Positions 1 to 9,195 of a stretch of 53,100 nt of DNA are shown here, in pieces. Each line of letters opens with the position of its first letter. The stretch's first letter is position 1. The notes under the pieces are model-generated. The model was given only the letters and a program-made list of their open reading frames with translations, was not told the DNA's origin and made no database searches. Source of the DNA: Kiritimatiellia bacterium (GTDB taxonomy: Bacteria; Verrucomicrobiota; Kiritimatiellia; RFP12; UBA1067); NCBI GenBank assembly GCA_046482825.1, contig JAWOEI010000093.1, positions 1 through 53,100 on the forward strand. Direction: 5' to 3'. Both the position numbers and the translations under genes were made by a program.

Positions 1-165
1 GGGCGGTGGGAGCACCGTAAGACGAGCCCCTTTCCAGGAGGCAACCCGCCCGACCGGAGCCCGTTTGCGGCCCCGCTACGCTGCCGCGGACGGCCAAACG
101 GACATGACTTTTTTGGGGTAAAGCGGCCTTGGCGGTCGGGCAACCTCGGGTTGATACGGACATCC

Positions 166-1149
166 ATGAAAACAAACTCGTTCATCGCGCCGGAGTGGCA
201 ATCTTGCGGCCCGGAAGACATCTTGGCGTCCCTCACCCCATCTCAACGCGAGGCGATCGAGCACATTGAGGGGCCACAACAAATCATAGCGGGGCCGGGG
301 AGCGGCAAGACGCGAGTGGTCACGCACCGTATCGCGTATATGTTGCTCAAGGAAATTCCCGATTATTGCATCGTGGCCCTGACGTTCACGAATAAAGCGG
401 CGGATGAAATGCGGCAGCGCGTGGACGCGCTGTGTCCCGATCGGCACGTGTGGATTGGGACGTTTCACCGCTTTTGTGCTCAACAGTTACGCCACCATGC
501 TTCGCTGGTGGGGCTGCAAGAGAACTATTCGATTCTCGACGTGGAAGCCAGCATGAAGGTGTTGCGCGAGGCGATTGAAGAGGCTGGCGTGGAGTTGGTC
601 CACGACACGCCGCGTCGCATCGCGGGCGCGATCAGTTGGGCCAAGAACGACTTAATCACGCCGGAGCAATACGAGCCGGCGCCGGGCGATGCGATCGGCA
701 CGTTGGTGGATCGCGTCTATCCGCATTACCAACGCCTGCTGTTGGGCGCCAACTCGGTTGATTTCGACGATCTTTTGATGCACGTGGCCGTCCTGTTGCG
801 GGACAATCCCCAGTTGCGTCGGACGCTGGACAAGCGGTTCCGCTACATCATGGTGGACGAGTATCAGGACACGAACCTGGCCCAGTACGCCATTGTAAGA
901 TCCCTCTCGGTTGATTACCCCAACCTGTCGGTGACCGGCGATCCCGACCAGTCGATCTATGGTTGGCGAGGCGCGACCATTCGCAACATTTTGGAATTTG
1001 AACGGGATTTTTCAAGCGTCCATGTGGTGCGATTGGAAGAGAATTTTCGCAGCACCCAATCGATCCTGCAAGCAGCCGACCAATTGATTGCCAACTCACC
1101 AGCTCGAAAGAAGCGGCATACAGAAATTGTACAGACATCATCAAAGTAA
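166..1149 (+). pseudogene. UvrD/PcrA/Rep superfamily 1 DNA helicase, N-terminal half only (3'-truncated or broken at a sequence junction)
   Basis: Motifs AGPGSGKTRV (Walker A), LTFTNKAA, GTFH, VDFDDLL, VDEYQDTN (Walker B), GDPDQSIYGWRGA and LEENFRST. Homology stops at about LIAN (~1096-1113); full-length family members are about twice this length. ATG at 166 preferred to TTG at 151. Confidence 0.85.
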
Positions 1150-1262
1150 AAAACGGAATTCCTGCTCTAATTGAACACATAACAACCTTTCGCACCAATT
1201 TTAACTATCGAATTTTATTTTAGTAAATAGGTAGATGAATGTCAAACGGCAAGGAAAGAGGG

Positions 1263-1415
1263 GCGCATCTGCGAATCGGTGCACGGCGGGGTCCATCCTT
1301 CGTACCGCAAGCGGCACTACGGCGTGACATGCACGGACCCCGCCTTACAGTAAAAATGCATTAGAACTGTAGCCGAGGTCCTTGACCTCGGAAGATGTAT
1401 GATGCAAATTACCGT
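1263..1415. repeat. Composite GTAG-family REP-like unit, copy 1, with a nested 39-bp insertion
   Basis: 1346-1410 is identical over 65 bp to 50585-50649, and the flanks are similar (GCGCATCTGCGA...CGGCGGGGT...CACGGA.CCCGCC). Contains GTAG followed by the perfect hairpin CCGAGGTC-CTT-GACCTCGG. Confidence 0.85.
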
Positions 1416-1580
1416 AAATTTGACGATTTGCACCAATTCGCAGATGCTCCCAGGAAAGAGTCATCGCCCTTTTTTTACGGGAGTTTAATAAACTTTCGCA
1501 TAGGCATTACACTGGATAAGAAATGCGATTTTCGGGAATTATTCTACGCAAAAACATGCGAATATGCTATGCTCAAGCCA

Positions 1581-2444
1581 ATGAACAGCAGACAACTAAC
1601 ACAAATTTACGCTATCACAACGGGGCTGTTTTCTGCAGGTTTGCTTTACGCCTCTCAGACAGAGCATTTTGCACCTCCCCCATTTACACATTACCAGCCT
1701 ATACTTGAGAGAATGCCTTTCGGCAAAGCCCCGGAAGACCTTGAACAAGCCGCTGATCCCGAAGCTGACAAAGAAGCGGCCAGGATAAAGATGGAACAGC
1801 AGAAACTGGCACGCAAGATCAACATGTCCGCAGTGAACATCACACCGCAGGGCGAAATAGCGATCGGATTCACTGATCTTTCAAGCAAACCGCCGATTAA
1901 CTATTACCTGGTTGTCGGGGATGAAAGCGGCGGCTGGAAACTGCTCAATGCCGATTACGACAAAGAGATCGCAGAGCTGAGTAAAAACGGAATAAACCTT
2001 ACTCTTAAACTCGGCAAAGGTCTGATACAGCAGGAAGAACAGAAGAAAAAGACACAAACCGCGAGTCTTCCGTCCGCAGCTGCGCGGGCAAAAAGAAAAA
2101 CAACGCCCGGGCAAACTCCGGCAACAGCTGTGACCAAAACCAGAGATTCGACTGATTCCATAAGGGACAGACTTAAAACAATGCAGAAAAGCAATAAAAA
2201 CATACGTTCATATATGGAGCGTCTAAGAGAGCGTAAGTTGAAAGAGGCTGCCGCCAGAAAGAAAGCCGAAGAGTCACAACGTCAGCAACTTGAGAAACTG
2301 GCGCGTGATGTGGCATCAAAAGAGATAAAAAAACGCGCGGAAGCCATAGCCGAAGAAGCGGCACTGGAAAAAGAGCTGGCACTTGAAGAAGAACGTCTTC
2401 TGAAAGAGGAAGCGGAAATTAAAGACGCAGAGCCAGCTATGTGA
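1581..2444 (+). CDS. Hypothetical exported or membrane-anchored protein with charged coiled-coil C-terminus (possibly GspC/PilP-like)
   Basis: The ORF-track start at 1395 lies inside the REP unit. ATG 1581 (or 1569) gives an N-terminal hydrophobic segment, then YQPILERMPFG, a beta-rich domain and an E/K/R-rich helical tail. The family guess is weak. Confidence 0.6.
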   Translation: MNSRQLTQIYAITTGLFSAGLLYASQTEHFAPPPFTHYQPILERMPFGKAPEDLEQAADPEADKEAARIKMEQQKLARKINMSAVNITPQGEIAIGFTDLSSKPPINYYLVVGDESGGWKLLNADYDKEIAELSKNGINLTLKLGKGLIQQEEQKKKTQTASLPSAAARAKRKTTPGQTPATAVTKTRDSTDSIRDRLKTMQKSNKNIRSYMERLRERKLKEAAARKKAEESQRQQLEKLARDVASKEIKKRAEAIAEEAALEKELALEEERLLKEEAEIKDAEPAM

Positions 2445-2475
2445 GGCAGAGCAGACTTATCCGCAGATCTGCGGA

Positions 2476-3186
2476 ATGCTGAATATGGAATATCAAATGC
2501 AGCACCAGAACAACATTTTTAAGCGCACTGAAGCTTTGATAGGTTCTGAAGCATTGCGTAAACTGGCGGACTCCAGCGTGGCTGTGTTCGGCATCGGAGG
2601 GGTCGGATCATACGCAGCCGAAGCACTGGCCAGAGGGGGTATAGGACATCTTACACTGATAGACAGCGACACGGTTGCCGCAGACAACATCAACCGTCAG
2701 ATTCCTGCATTAGTTTCTACAATCGGACAGCCGAAAGCACGAGTCATGGCTGAACGCATCAACAAGATCAATCCCGAGGCAGAAGTCATATCGCGTCTGG
2801 AATTCTACCTGCCGGAAAACAGCGCGGATTTCGATCTCAGCGGGTTCAGTTACGTAATTGATGCAGTAGATACCGTTGCAGCAAAGGTGGAACTGGCAGT
2901 GCGCTGTGCTGAAAACAGCATCCCGCTCATCAGTTGCATGGGGACAGGTAATAAAATGGATCCATGCTCCTTTAAAACGGCTGATATTTATGAGACATCT
3001 GTATGCCCGTTATGCAAAGTGATGAGAAAAGAACTGAAAAAGCGGGAAGTTAAATCGCTCAGAGTCATATATTCAACCGAAAAACCGTTAAAACGAGACG
3101 GTACACCGGCAAGCATATCTTATGTGCCCCCGGTTGCGGGACTCATCACAGCCGGAGAAGTGATCAGAGCATTGGTAAAGCTGTAA
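2476..3186 (+). CDS. tcdA: tRNA threonylcarbamoyladenosine dehydratase (ThiF/E1-like family)
   Basis: VFGIGGVGSYAAEALARGG nucleotide-binding motif, NINRQ, DAVD, CPLCKVMRKELK and PASISYVPPVAG. Start could be 2485 or 2497. Confidence 0.85.
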   Translation: MLNMEYQMQHQNNIFKRTEALIGSEALRKLADSSVAVFGIGGVGSYAAEALARGGIGHLTLIDSDTVAADNINRQIPALVSTIGQPKARVMAERINKINPEAEVISRLEFYLPENSADFDLSGFSYVIDAVDTVAAKVELAVRCAENSIPLISCMGTGNKMDPCSFKTADIYETSVCPLCKVMRKELKKREVKSLRVIYSTEKPLKRDGTPASISYVPPVAGLITAGEVIRALVKL

Positions 3187-3240
3187 AACCCGGCTTTCCA
3201 CATCCTTCTTTCCATATTCCGCAAAGTGCAACTAAACTGA

Positions 3241-4020
3241 TCAATGCCGTTCGATAAATTCCTCTGCCAACACCTTATAGGCCTGTGAACCGCTGCTGGA
3301 CGGAGCAAAGAAAATGACAGGCTCTCCGAAACTCGGCGCCTCGCTGATACGGACACTGCGGGGAATGATAGTATCATAAACCAGATCGCCGAAATGTTCA
3401 CGCACTTCTGCCACAACATCAGCGGCAAGTCGTGTGCGCGCGTCAAACATCGTCATCACGATACCCTCCATAGCAAGGTCGGGATTGACACCGCTTTCAC
3501 GCAGCTGGTCTATCAGATGACTGATCACACTGAGGCCTTCCATAGCATAGTACTCGCACTGCATTGTAACAATAATGCTATCAGCAGCAGCCAGCGATGA
3601 AGTCATCAGAATACCGATTGAAGGAGGACAGTCCATCAGCACATAATCAAAAACTCCTGCGGTCAGAACACGGTCGATTACACGGCGGACAACAGACAGA
3701 TGGTTCTCCTCGCGGGCGATTTCGATTTCAGCACCGGCAAGATCCAGTTCAGCGGGAATAATGTTGATATTTTCAAAAGGTGTAGGCTGAATGATATCAG
3801 CGACATCAGCCATGCCTGTCAGCACTGGATAGAGGCTTACTCCCGACTGTCTTTCCAGTCCAAGGCCGCTTGTCGCATTTGCCTGAGGATCAAGATCAAT
3901 AACCAGAACCGTTTTATCAAGTTGAGAGAGAGCCGCAGCAAGATTTACCACGGTAGTTGTTTTTCCTACGCCCCCCTTCTGGTTGGCTACAGCTATAACT
4001 CTGGTGTATCGTTCACTCAT
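3241..4020 (-). CDS. parA: ParA/Soj family ATPase
   Basis: Deviant Walker A NQKGGVGKTTT, DLDPQANAT, DCPPSIG, QCEYYAMEG and IPRSVRISEAPSFG. ATG at 4020 chosen. Confidence 0.9.
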   Translation of the reverse strand: MSERYTRVIAVANQKGGVGKTTTVVNLAAALSQLDKTVLVIDLDPQANATSGLGLERQSGVSLYPVLTGMADVADIIQPTPFENINIIPAELDLAGAEIEIAREENHLSVVRRVIDRVLTAGVFDYVLMDCPPSIGILMTSSLAAADSIIVTMQCEYYAMEGLSVISHLIDQLRESGVNPDLAMEGIVMTMFDARTRLAADVVAEVREHFGDLVYDTIIPRSVRISEAPSFGEPVIFFAPSSSGSQAYKVLAEEFIERH

Positions 4021-4204
4021 AATCGATATCAAATCCCATTAAATTCATCGAAAAAGGGCACCCGGACTGCAAGTTCAATCTTTGCCATTTCTGAAACACA
4101 CAGCGTTTTTTACTGCAACAACGGCGGGCAAAACAAAAATAATCGTTAATTCACAGATTTACATACACTGAACACACGCCGTTCTGTTACCGACAGAAGT
4201 TGTT

Positions 4205-4753
4205 TCAGCTCTTGATCATTCCTATTTCGCGGGCGTAGGCAAACATACCGCCAGCGGAAATCACCGGAGCCACCGCACCGACAGGTTTAAGTGAAAACAC
4301 TTTACCATCGGAAATCCGTTTAATGGTGTTAGTCTCCATATCGATTTCTGCTTCATCACCTGTTTTAAAACATTCGCACAGTCTGTCTTCAGATTCCAAC
4401 GGATATATTTCACCTGTTGCGACCGAGTTGCGAAAGAAAATACGCGCATAGCTTTCCGCCACCACGGCTTTGGTGCCTGCGGCTCCAAGCGCAATCGGAG
4501 CATGCTCACGGGAAGATCCGCAACCGAAATTCTTACCACCGATCACAATCGGGTAAGGGGTGGAACCGTCATCATTTGATGCAAACTTCGGAAAATCATC
4601 CGGCAGGCCTGCCAATGCGTACGAACCCAGTTTACGATACTCATCCGGAATAGTCGGCACAAGATTGAGATAGCATGCCGGAATCAGCTGGTCTGTATCG
4701 ATATTGTCTTCAAGAACATAAACTGGCCCGTGTATAACACTTTCTTTGTTCAT
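4205..4753 (-). CDS. leuD: 3-isopropylmalate dehydratase small subunit
   Basis: DNIDTDQLIP, NFGCGSSREHAP and SYARIFFRN. AGGAG lies upstream of ATG 4753; directly downstream of leuC. Confidence 0.9.
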   Translation of the reverse strand: MNKESVIHGPVYVLEDNIDTDQLIPACYLNLVPTIPDEYRKLGSYALAGLPDDFPKFASNDDGSTPYPIVIGGKNFGCGSSREHAPIALGAAGTKAVVAESYARIFFRNSVATGEIYPLESEDRLCECFKTGDEAEIDMETNTIKRISDGKVFSLKPVGAVAPVISAGGMFAYAREIGMIKS

Positions 4754-4819
4754 AATAAAAACTCCTAAATAATGCGGGATTCGCCCGCACTTCAAAAATG
4801 GTCTGTCCTGAAAAACCGC

Positions 4820-6109
4820 TTACAGATCCCGGACGTCAGTAATAACGCCCCTGACTGCAGTAGCCGCTGCTGTATAAGGTGAAGCGAGATAAATCTGTGA
4901 TTCCTTGGAACCCATTCTTCCGATAAAATTGCGATTAGTTGTACTGACAACCACCTCGTTACCATGTGTACGTCCGAAAGTATCTTCCGGACCTCCGAGA
5001 CAGGCCGCGCAAGAAGGCGGCTGAATCGGTTCAACGCCTGCGGATTCAAATATAGAGCGCAACGATTCACCTTCGATCTCAATTTCATCCAGAGCTTTTT
5101 CCACATGACGTGTAGCCGGGATAATCATGGTTTTGATCTTCACCCTACGGTCTTTCAGAATTTCAGCTGCCATATACAGGTCATCTATTTTGCCGCCTGT
5201 GCAGGAACCGATATACACCTGATCGGGCTTGACATCACTGCATTCACGTACCAGCGAAGTGTTGTCCGGCAGATGGGGTTTTGCGACAACAGGTTCGAGC
5301 CTGGAAACATCATAACGGTACTCGGCCTTGAACTCAGCATCAGGATCACTGTAAACAGCTTTAAAAGGTTTATCGGTATGTGCCTTTACAAAATCAAAGG
5401 TTTTGTCGTCAGGAACAATTATGCCGTTTTTTGCTCCCGCTTCAACGGCCATATTACAGATGGTACACCGTTCATCGATACTCAGGGAGGAAATCGCGGA
5501 ACCGGTGAATTCCATAGCACAGTAGGTTGCACCGGCCACTCCAGTATCGCCTATCATGTGCAAAATAAGATCCTTGGCTGAAAGGTAATCAGGCATTTCG
5601 CCATCCAGAACAAAACGGATAGTTTCAGGAACTTTAACAAGCAGTTTGCCTGTTCCCATAATGAAACCCGCATCCGTATTGCCGATACCTGTGGCAAAAG
5701 CCCCTAATGCACCATGAGTACAGGTATGGGAATCAGTTCCGAAGATAGTCTCACCGGGACGGACATGCCCCAGCTCGGGAAGGGCCACATGACACACACC
5801 GCAATACTTTTCCGTTTTTGGCGGATAGTAGTAAGGCAGATTCTGTTCCTTCACAAACTCCGTCAGAGTGTCAATATTTCGATGGGCTTTCTCATCCTTT
5901 GTAAAGATATAATGATCCGGGATTATAACAATCTTTTCCTTGTCGAAAACCTTGGCGTCCGCACCGAATTCACGTTTGAAAATACCTATTGTACCTGGTC
6001 CGCAGACATCGTGTGTCAACAGAATACCGGCGTTGACCCAAATATTATCCCCCGGACTGACTGAACTGAGACCGGCTTCCTTGGCGAGAATTTTCTCTGT
6101 AATTGTCAT
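4820..6109 (-). CDS. leuC: 3-isopropylmalate dehydratase large subunit (aconitase family)
   Basis: MTITEKILA, PDH, GVCH, GTDSHTCT, Fe-S ligands IGSCTGG and SCAACLG, STTNRNF.GRMG and YLASP. Confidence 0.92.
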   Translation of the reverse strand: MTITEKILAKEAGLSSVSPGDNIWVNAGILLTHDVCGPGTIGIFKREFGADAKVFDKEKIVIIPDHYIFTKDEKAHRNIDTLTEFVKEQNLPYYYPPKTEKYCGVCHVALPELGHVRPGETIFGTDSHTCTHGALGAFATGIGNTDAGFIMGTGKLLVKVPETIRFVLDGEMPDYLSAKDLILHMIGDTGVAGATYCAMEFTGSAISSLSIDERCTICNMAVEAGAKNGIIVPDDKTFDFVKAHTDKPFKAVYSDPDAEFKAEYRYDVSRLEPVVAKPHLPDNTSLVRECSDVKPDQVYIGSCTGGKIDDLYMAAEILKDRRVKIKTMIIPATRHVEKALDEIEIEGESLRSIFESAGVEPIQPPSCAACLGGPEDTFGRTHGNEVVVSTTNRNFIGRMGSKESQIYLASPYTAAATAVRGVITDVRDL

Positions 6110-6267
6110 TCTTTATTTCTCCAGCTTAAAAGTCTTTTATTCTTCAACTGCATAATGCAGAACGAAGATACCACGATTGCAAAGTGTTTCTTGCTGATAA
6201 GGGCTCATTTCTTCAATATGCGCCTTGTCCTGTACGCTATACCTGCAGGTGCAGTTACTGATTGTTT

Positions 6268-6966
6268 TCAGTGTCCCTGAACCAGTCTAAAGAAGCGATC
6301 CTGATACTGTTCGAAAACGCCGTTTTCCTGCAGAAACTTACCGAGTGCTTTAACAAGCGAAGGGTCTTCCAGTGCAGCCGAGAAGGCTTTTTCAATATCT
6401 TCGCGGACACCGAGGGGAATCCCGTCCTTCATCTCAAACATGTGGTGTTCATGAAGTTCACGGATATTGCTGCCAGCGGAACTTTCGATCACCTTCCAGA
6501 AAAGCTTGACCAGACAGACATCCCAGGGCTCATCAACGCCTTTAACGACTGCGGTAAAAGGATCGTTATGGTCTTTGACATCTTCAGAAACACGCTCCAG
6601 AACCGCATCCATCGAATCGGTAATAATCTGCTCATTATAGGCTTCTTTCTTTAAAGTATAACCATAACGCAGCACCCGGACGCTATCTTCATGTTTTTTC
6701 AGCCATTCAAGATATTTTTGAGCCTCCTGACCAAAGCCATCCAACATAATATTGGCGTAGGTAGAAGGCGTTATTATCTGCGGTCGCAAAGCCTGCATAC
6801 GCCCTTCACGCACGCGCACCTTACACGCATCATCCATTAAACCGCACACTAAGTGGTAGTTTATAATGGTATTCCCGAAAGTTTCAATGTGTTTTCTGGG
6901 CGGAACAACTATTTCTGTATTGTTAACAGCGTACCAAAAATCAAAATCTGTGGAATTATTTTTCAT
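6268..6966 (-). CDS. Hypothetical protein of unknown function
   Basis: Protein-like 232-aa ORF co-oriented between uvrB and leuC. ATG 6966 (MKNNSTDFDFWYAVNNTE). No catalytic motif recognised. Confidence 0.75.
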   Translation of the reverse strand: MKNNSTDFDFWYAVNNTEIVVPPRKHIETFGNTIINYHLVCGLMDDACKVRVREGRMQALRPQIITPSTYANIMLDGFGQEAQKYLEWLKKHEDSVRVLRYGYTLKKEAYNEQIITDSMDAVLERVSEDVKDHNDPFTAVVKGVDEPWDVCLVKLFWKVIESSAGSNIRELHEHHMFEMKDGIPLGVREDIEKAFSAALEDPSLVKALGKFLQENGVFEQYQDRFFRLVQGH

Positions 6967-7107
6967 GTGAGTCTCTAAATATAGCATACTGACGCAGAGA
7001 TGTCATCTGCACATTAAATGATAATCACATTTCCGTCGAACACAGGCAGGCGACTATGAGGATTTACAAGACATTCTGCTTTCCACACTAAGCATCCCTA
7101 AGCATAA

Positions 7108-9081
7108 TCAGACGCTGAGCATCTGCCGCAGTTCCTTGATTTCATCACGCAGTACGGCGGCACGTTCGAATTCAAGGGCATCGGCGGCGGCAAGCATCTC
7201 ACGTTCAATCTGAGCAATCGTCTGGTGTACGTCATACTTTTCCTCGTTTTCAGCGATAACGGATGACTCAATGAGTCTGCCTTCGCGATAGACGGCCATG
7301 TTTTCATTGAAATCGCGCACAACGCTTTCGGGAACAATACCGTACTCCGTATTATACGCCTTCTGGCGTTTACGTCTTTCATCGGTTATCTCTATCATCT
7401 GCCGCATAGCGTCGGTGATTTTAGATGCATAGAGAATAACCCGCCCCTCCTGATGCCGTGCAGCACGGCCCGCAGTCTGCATAAGTGCGGTTGACGAACG
7501 CAGAAATCCCTCTTTATCGGCATCCAGCACAGCCACCAACGAAACCTCGGGTAGATCGAGACCTTCACGAAGCAGATTGATTCCGATCAGACAGTCGAAC
7601 TCCCCTTTTCGCAGGCGTCCGAGTATATCAACCCTCTCAATGGCATCTATATCGCTGTGCAGATATTCCACTTTCACACCGGTATCACGCAGATAGGAAC
7701 TGAGATCTTCAGATGAACGTTTAGTAAGAGTTGTCACAAGCACACGGCCACCGGACTCCACTGTCTTACGGATCTGTTCCATCAGGTCATCGATCTGATT
7801 TTTCAGAGGCCGCACTTCAACCACGGGATCCAGCAATCCTGTCGGACGTATAATCTGCTCGGCGACAACATCGCTGATTTCCCGCTCATAGGCACCCGGA
7901 GTGGCCGATGCAAAGATAACAGGTCCGGTTTTCCGCATAAACTCATCAAAGTTCAAGGGACGGTTATCCCTGGCGGAAGGGAGTCGGAAACCGTAGTCAA
8001 TCAAGGTTCCTTTGCGAGACTGATCTCCGTTATACATTGCGCGAAGCTGCGGCAGGGTGACATGGGATTCATCAACGATGGTAAGAAATTCGCCGTCAAA
8101 GTAGTCCAGCAAACAAGCGGGTGTCTCTCCCGGCCTGCGTCCGGCCAGATGGCGGGAGTAATTTTCAATACCATTGCAGTACCCCAATTCCCGCAGCATC
8201 TCCATATCAAATTCTGTCCGCTGTTTGAGGCGTTGCGCTTCAACAAGCTTACCGCATTTCTCGAAATCCGCAATACACTGATCCAGCTCAGCGGAAATAT
8301 CGTCAAGTGCGGCAACAATCTTTTCCTGCGGCATCACAAAATGTTTAGCTGGTGAAACAACTATACGCGAAAGAGGCGGTCCTGACTTGCCGGATACAGG
8401 ATCAAAACGCCGTAATTCATCTATTTCATCACCGAAAAACGATATACGGTAACCGTATTTGTCGTATGAAGGGAACACATCTACGGTATCTCCACGCACT
8501 CTGAAAGTACCCGGCTGCGATTCATAATCATTCCGAGTGTACTGTACATGAACCAGCCGGGCCAGAACGACATCACGATCAATCTCCATTCCTGTTGAAA
8601 GATCGACAAGCATTTCACGGTAGTCCTCAGGAGAACCCAAGCCATAGATACAGGATACCGATGCCACAATCACAACATCACGCCGGCCTAGCAGAGAATT
8701 GGTGGCGGAGAGGCGGTATCGTTCTATCTCCTCATTGATGGATGCATCCTTTTCGATATAGGTATCCGTCTGGGGAATATACGCTTCCGGCTGATAATAG
8801 TCGTAATAACTGATGAAATACTCAACGGCATTTTGAGGAAAAAAACTTTTCAGTTCAGCGAAGAGCTGTGCCGCCAGCGTTTTATTATGGGAAAGAATCA
8901 GGGTGGGGTTACCCCAGGCTTCGATAATATTCGCCATACTGAAAGTTTTACCTGATCCGGTAACACCTTCAAGCACCAGACGGTCGCTCCCCTGCCGTAA
9001 TCCATTTACAATAGTAGCGATTGCCGACGCTTGGTCGCCAGCAGGTTTAAATCTGGATTCTATATGAAAGGAGTCGGGCAT
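7108..9081 (-). CDS. uvrB: Excinuclease ABC subunit B
   Basis: FKPAGDQ, GVTGSGKTF, HNKTLAAQL, beta-hairpin YYDYYQPEAY, DESH, GINLLREGLD and C-terminal UVR domain (LEFERAAVLRDEI). Confidence 0.97.
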   Translation of the reverse strand: MPDSFHIESRFKPAGDQASAIATIVNGLRQGSDRLVLEGVTGSGKTFSMANIIEAWGNPTLILSHNKTLAAQLFAELKSFFPQNAVEYFISYYDYYQPEAYIPQTDTYIEKDASINEEIERYRLSATNSLLGRRDVVIVASVSCIYGLGSPEDYREMLVDLSTGMEIDRDVVLARLVHVQYTRNDYESQPGTFRVRGDTVDVFPSYDKYGYRISFFGDEIDELRRFDPVSGKSGPPLSRIVVSPAKHFVMPQEKIVAALDDISAELDQCIADFEKCGKLVEAQRLKQRTEFDMEMLRELGYCNGIENYSRHLAGRRPGETPACLLDYFDGEFLTIVDESHVTLPQLRAMYNGDQSRKGTLIDYGFRLPSARDNRPLNFDEFMRKTGPVIFASATPGAYEREISDVVAEQIIRPTGLLDPVVEVRPLKNQIDDLMEQIRKTVESGGRVLVTTLTKRSSEDLSSYLRDTGVKVEYLHSDIDAIERVDILGRLRKGEFDCLIGINLLREGLDLPEVSLVAVLDADKEGFLRSSTALMQTAGRAARHQEGRVILYASKITDAMRQMIEITDERRKRQKAYNTEYGIVPESVVRDFNENMAVYREGRLIESSVIAENEEKYDVHQTIAQIEREMLAAADALEFERAAVLRDEIKELRQMLSV

Positions 9082-9195
9082 AAAAAAAGTCAGCTTGCAA
9101 CTGCAGGGCAGGCAGCATAAAAGGCATGGGGCAAAGAGAAGAAAAGCAAGCCTTTAACTTTTACACCATGCGCTTCGACGCTAGCGACAGTCTCA

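Noticed and set aside
1346-1410. CRISPR repeat or prophage/ICE att site
   Set aside because: Only two copies 49 kb apart, with no spacer array, cas, integrase or tRNA. The enclosed DNA is core housekeeping (dnaB, accAD, uvrB). A REP-like structure explains it better.
1395-1580. N-terminal extension of the 349-aa ORF
   Set aside because: It begins inside the REP unit and crosses promoter-like AT-rich sequence. The hydrophobic leader starts after ATG 1581.
9082-9195. LexA/SOS box upstream of uvrB
   Set aside because: No CTGT-N8-ACAG, GAAC-N4-GTTC or TGTTC-N4-GAACA palindrome found by eye.
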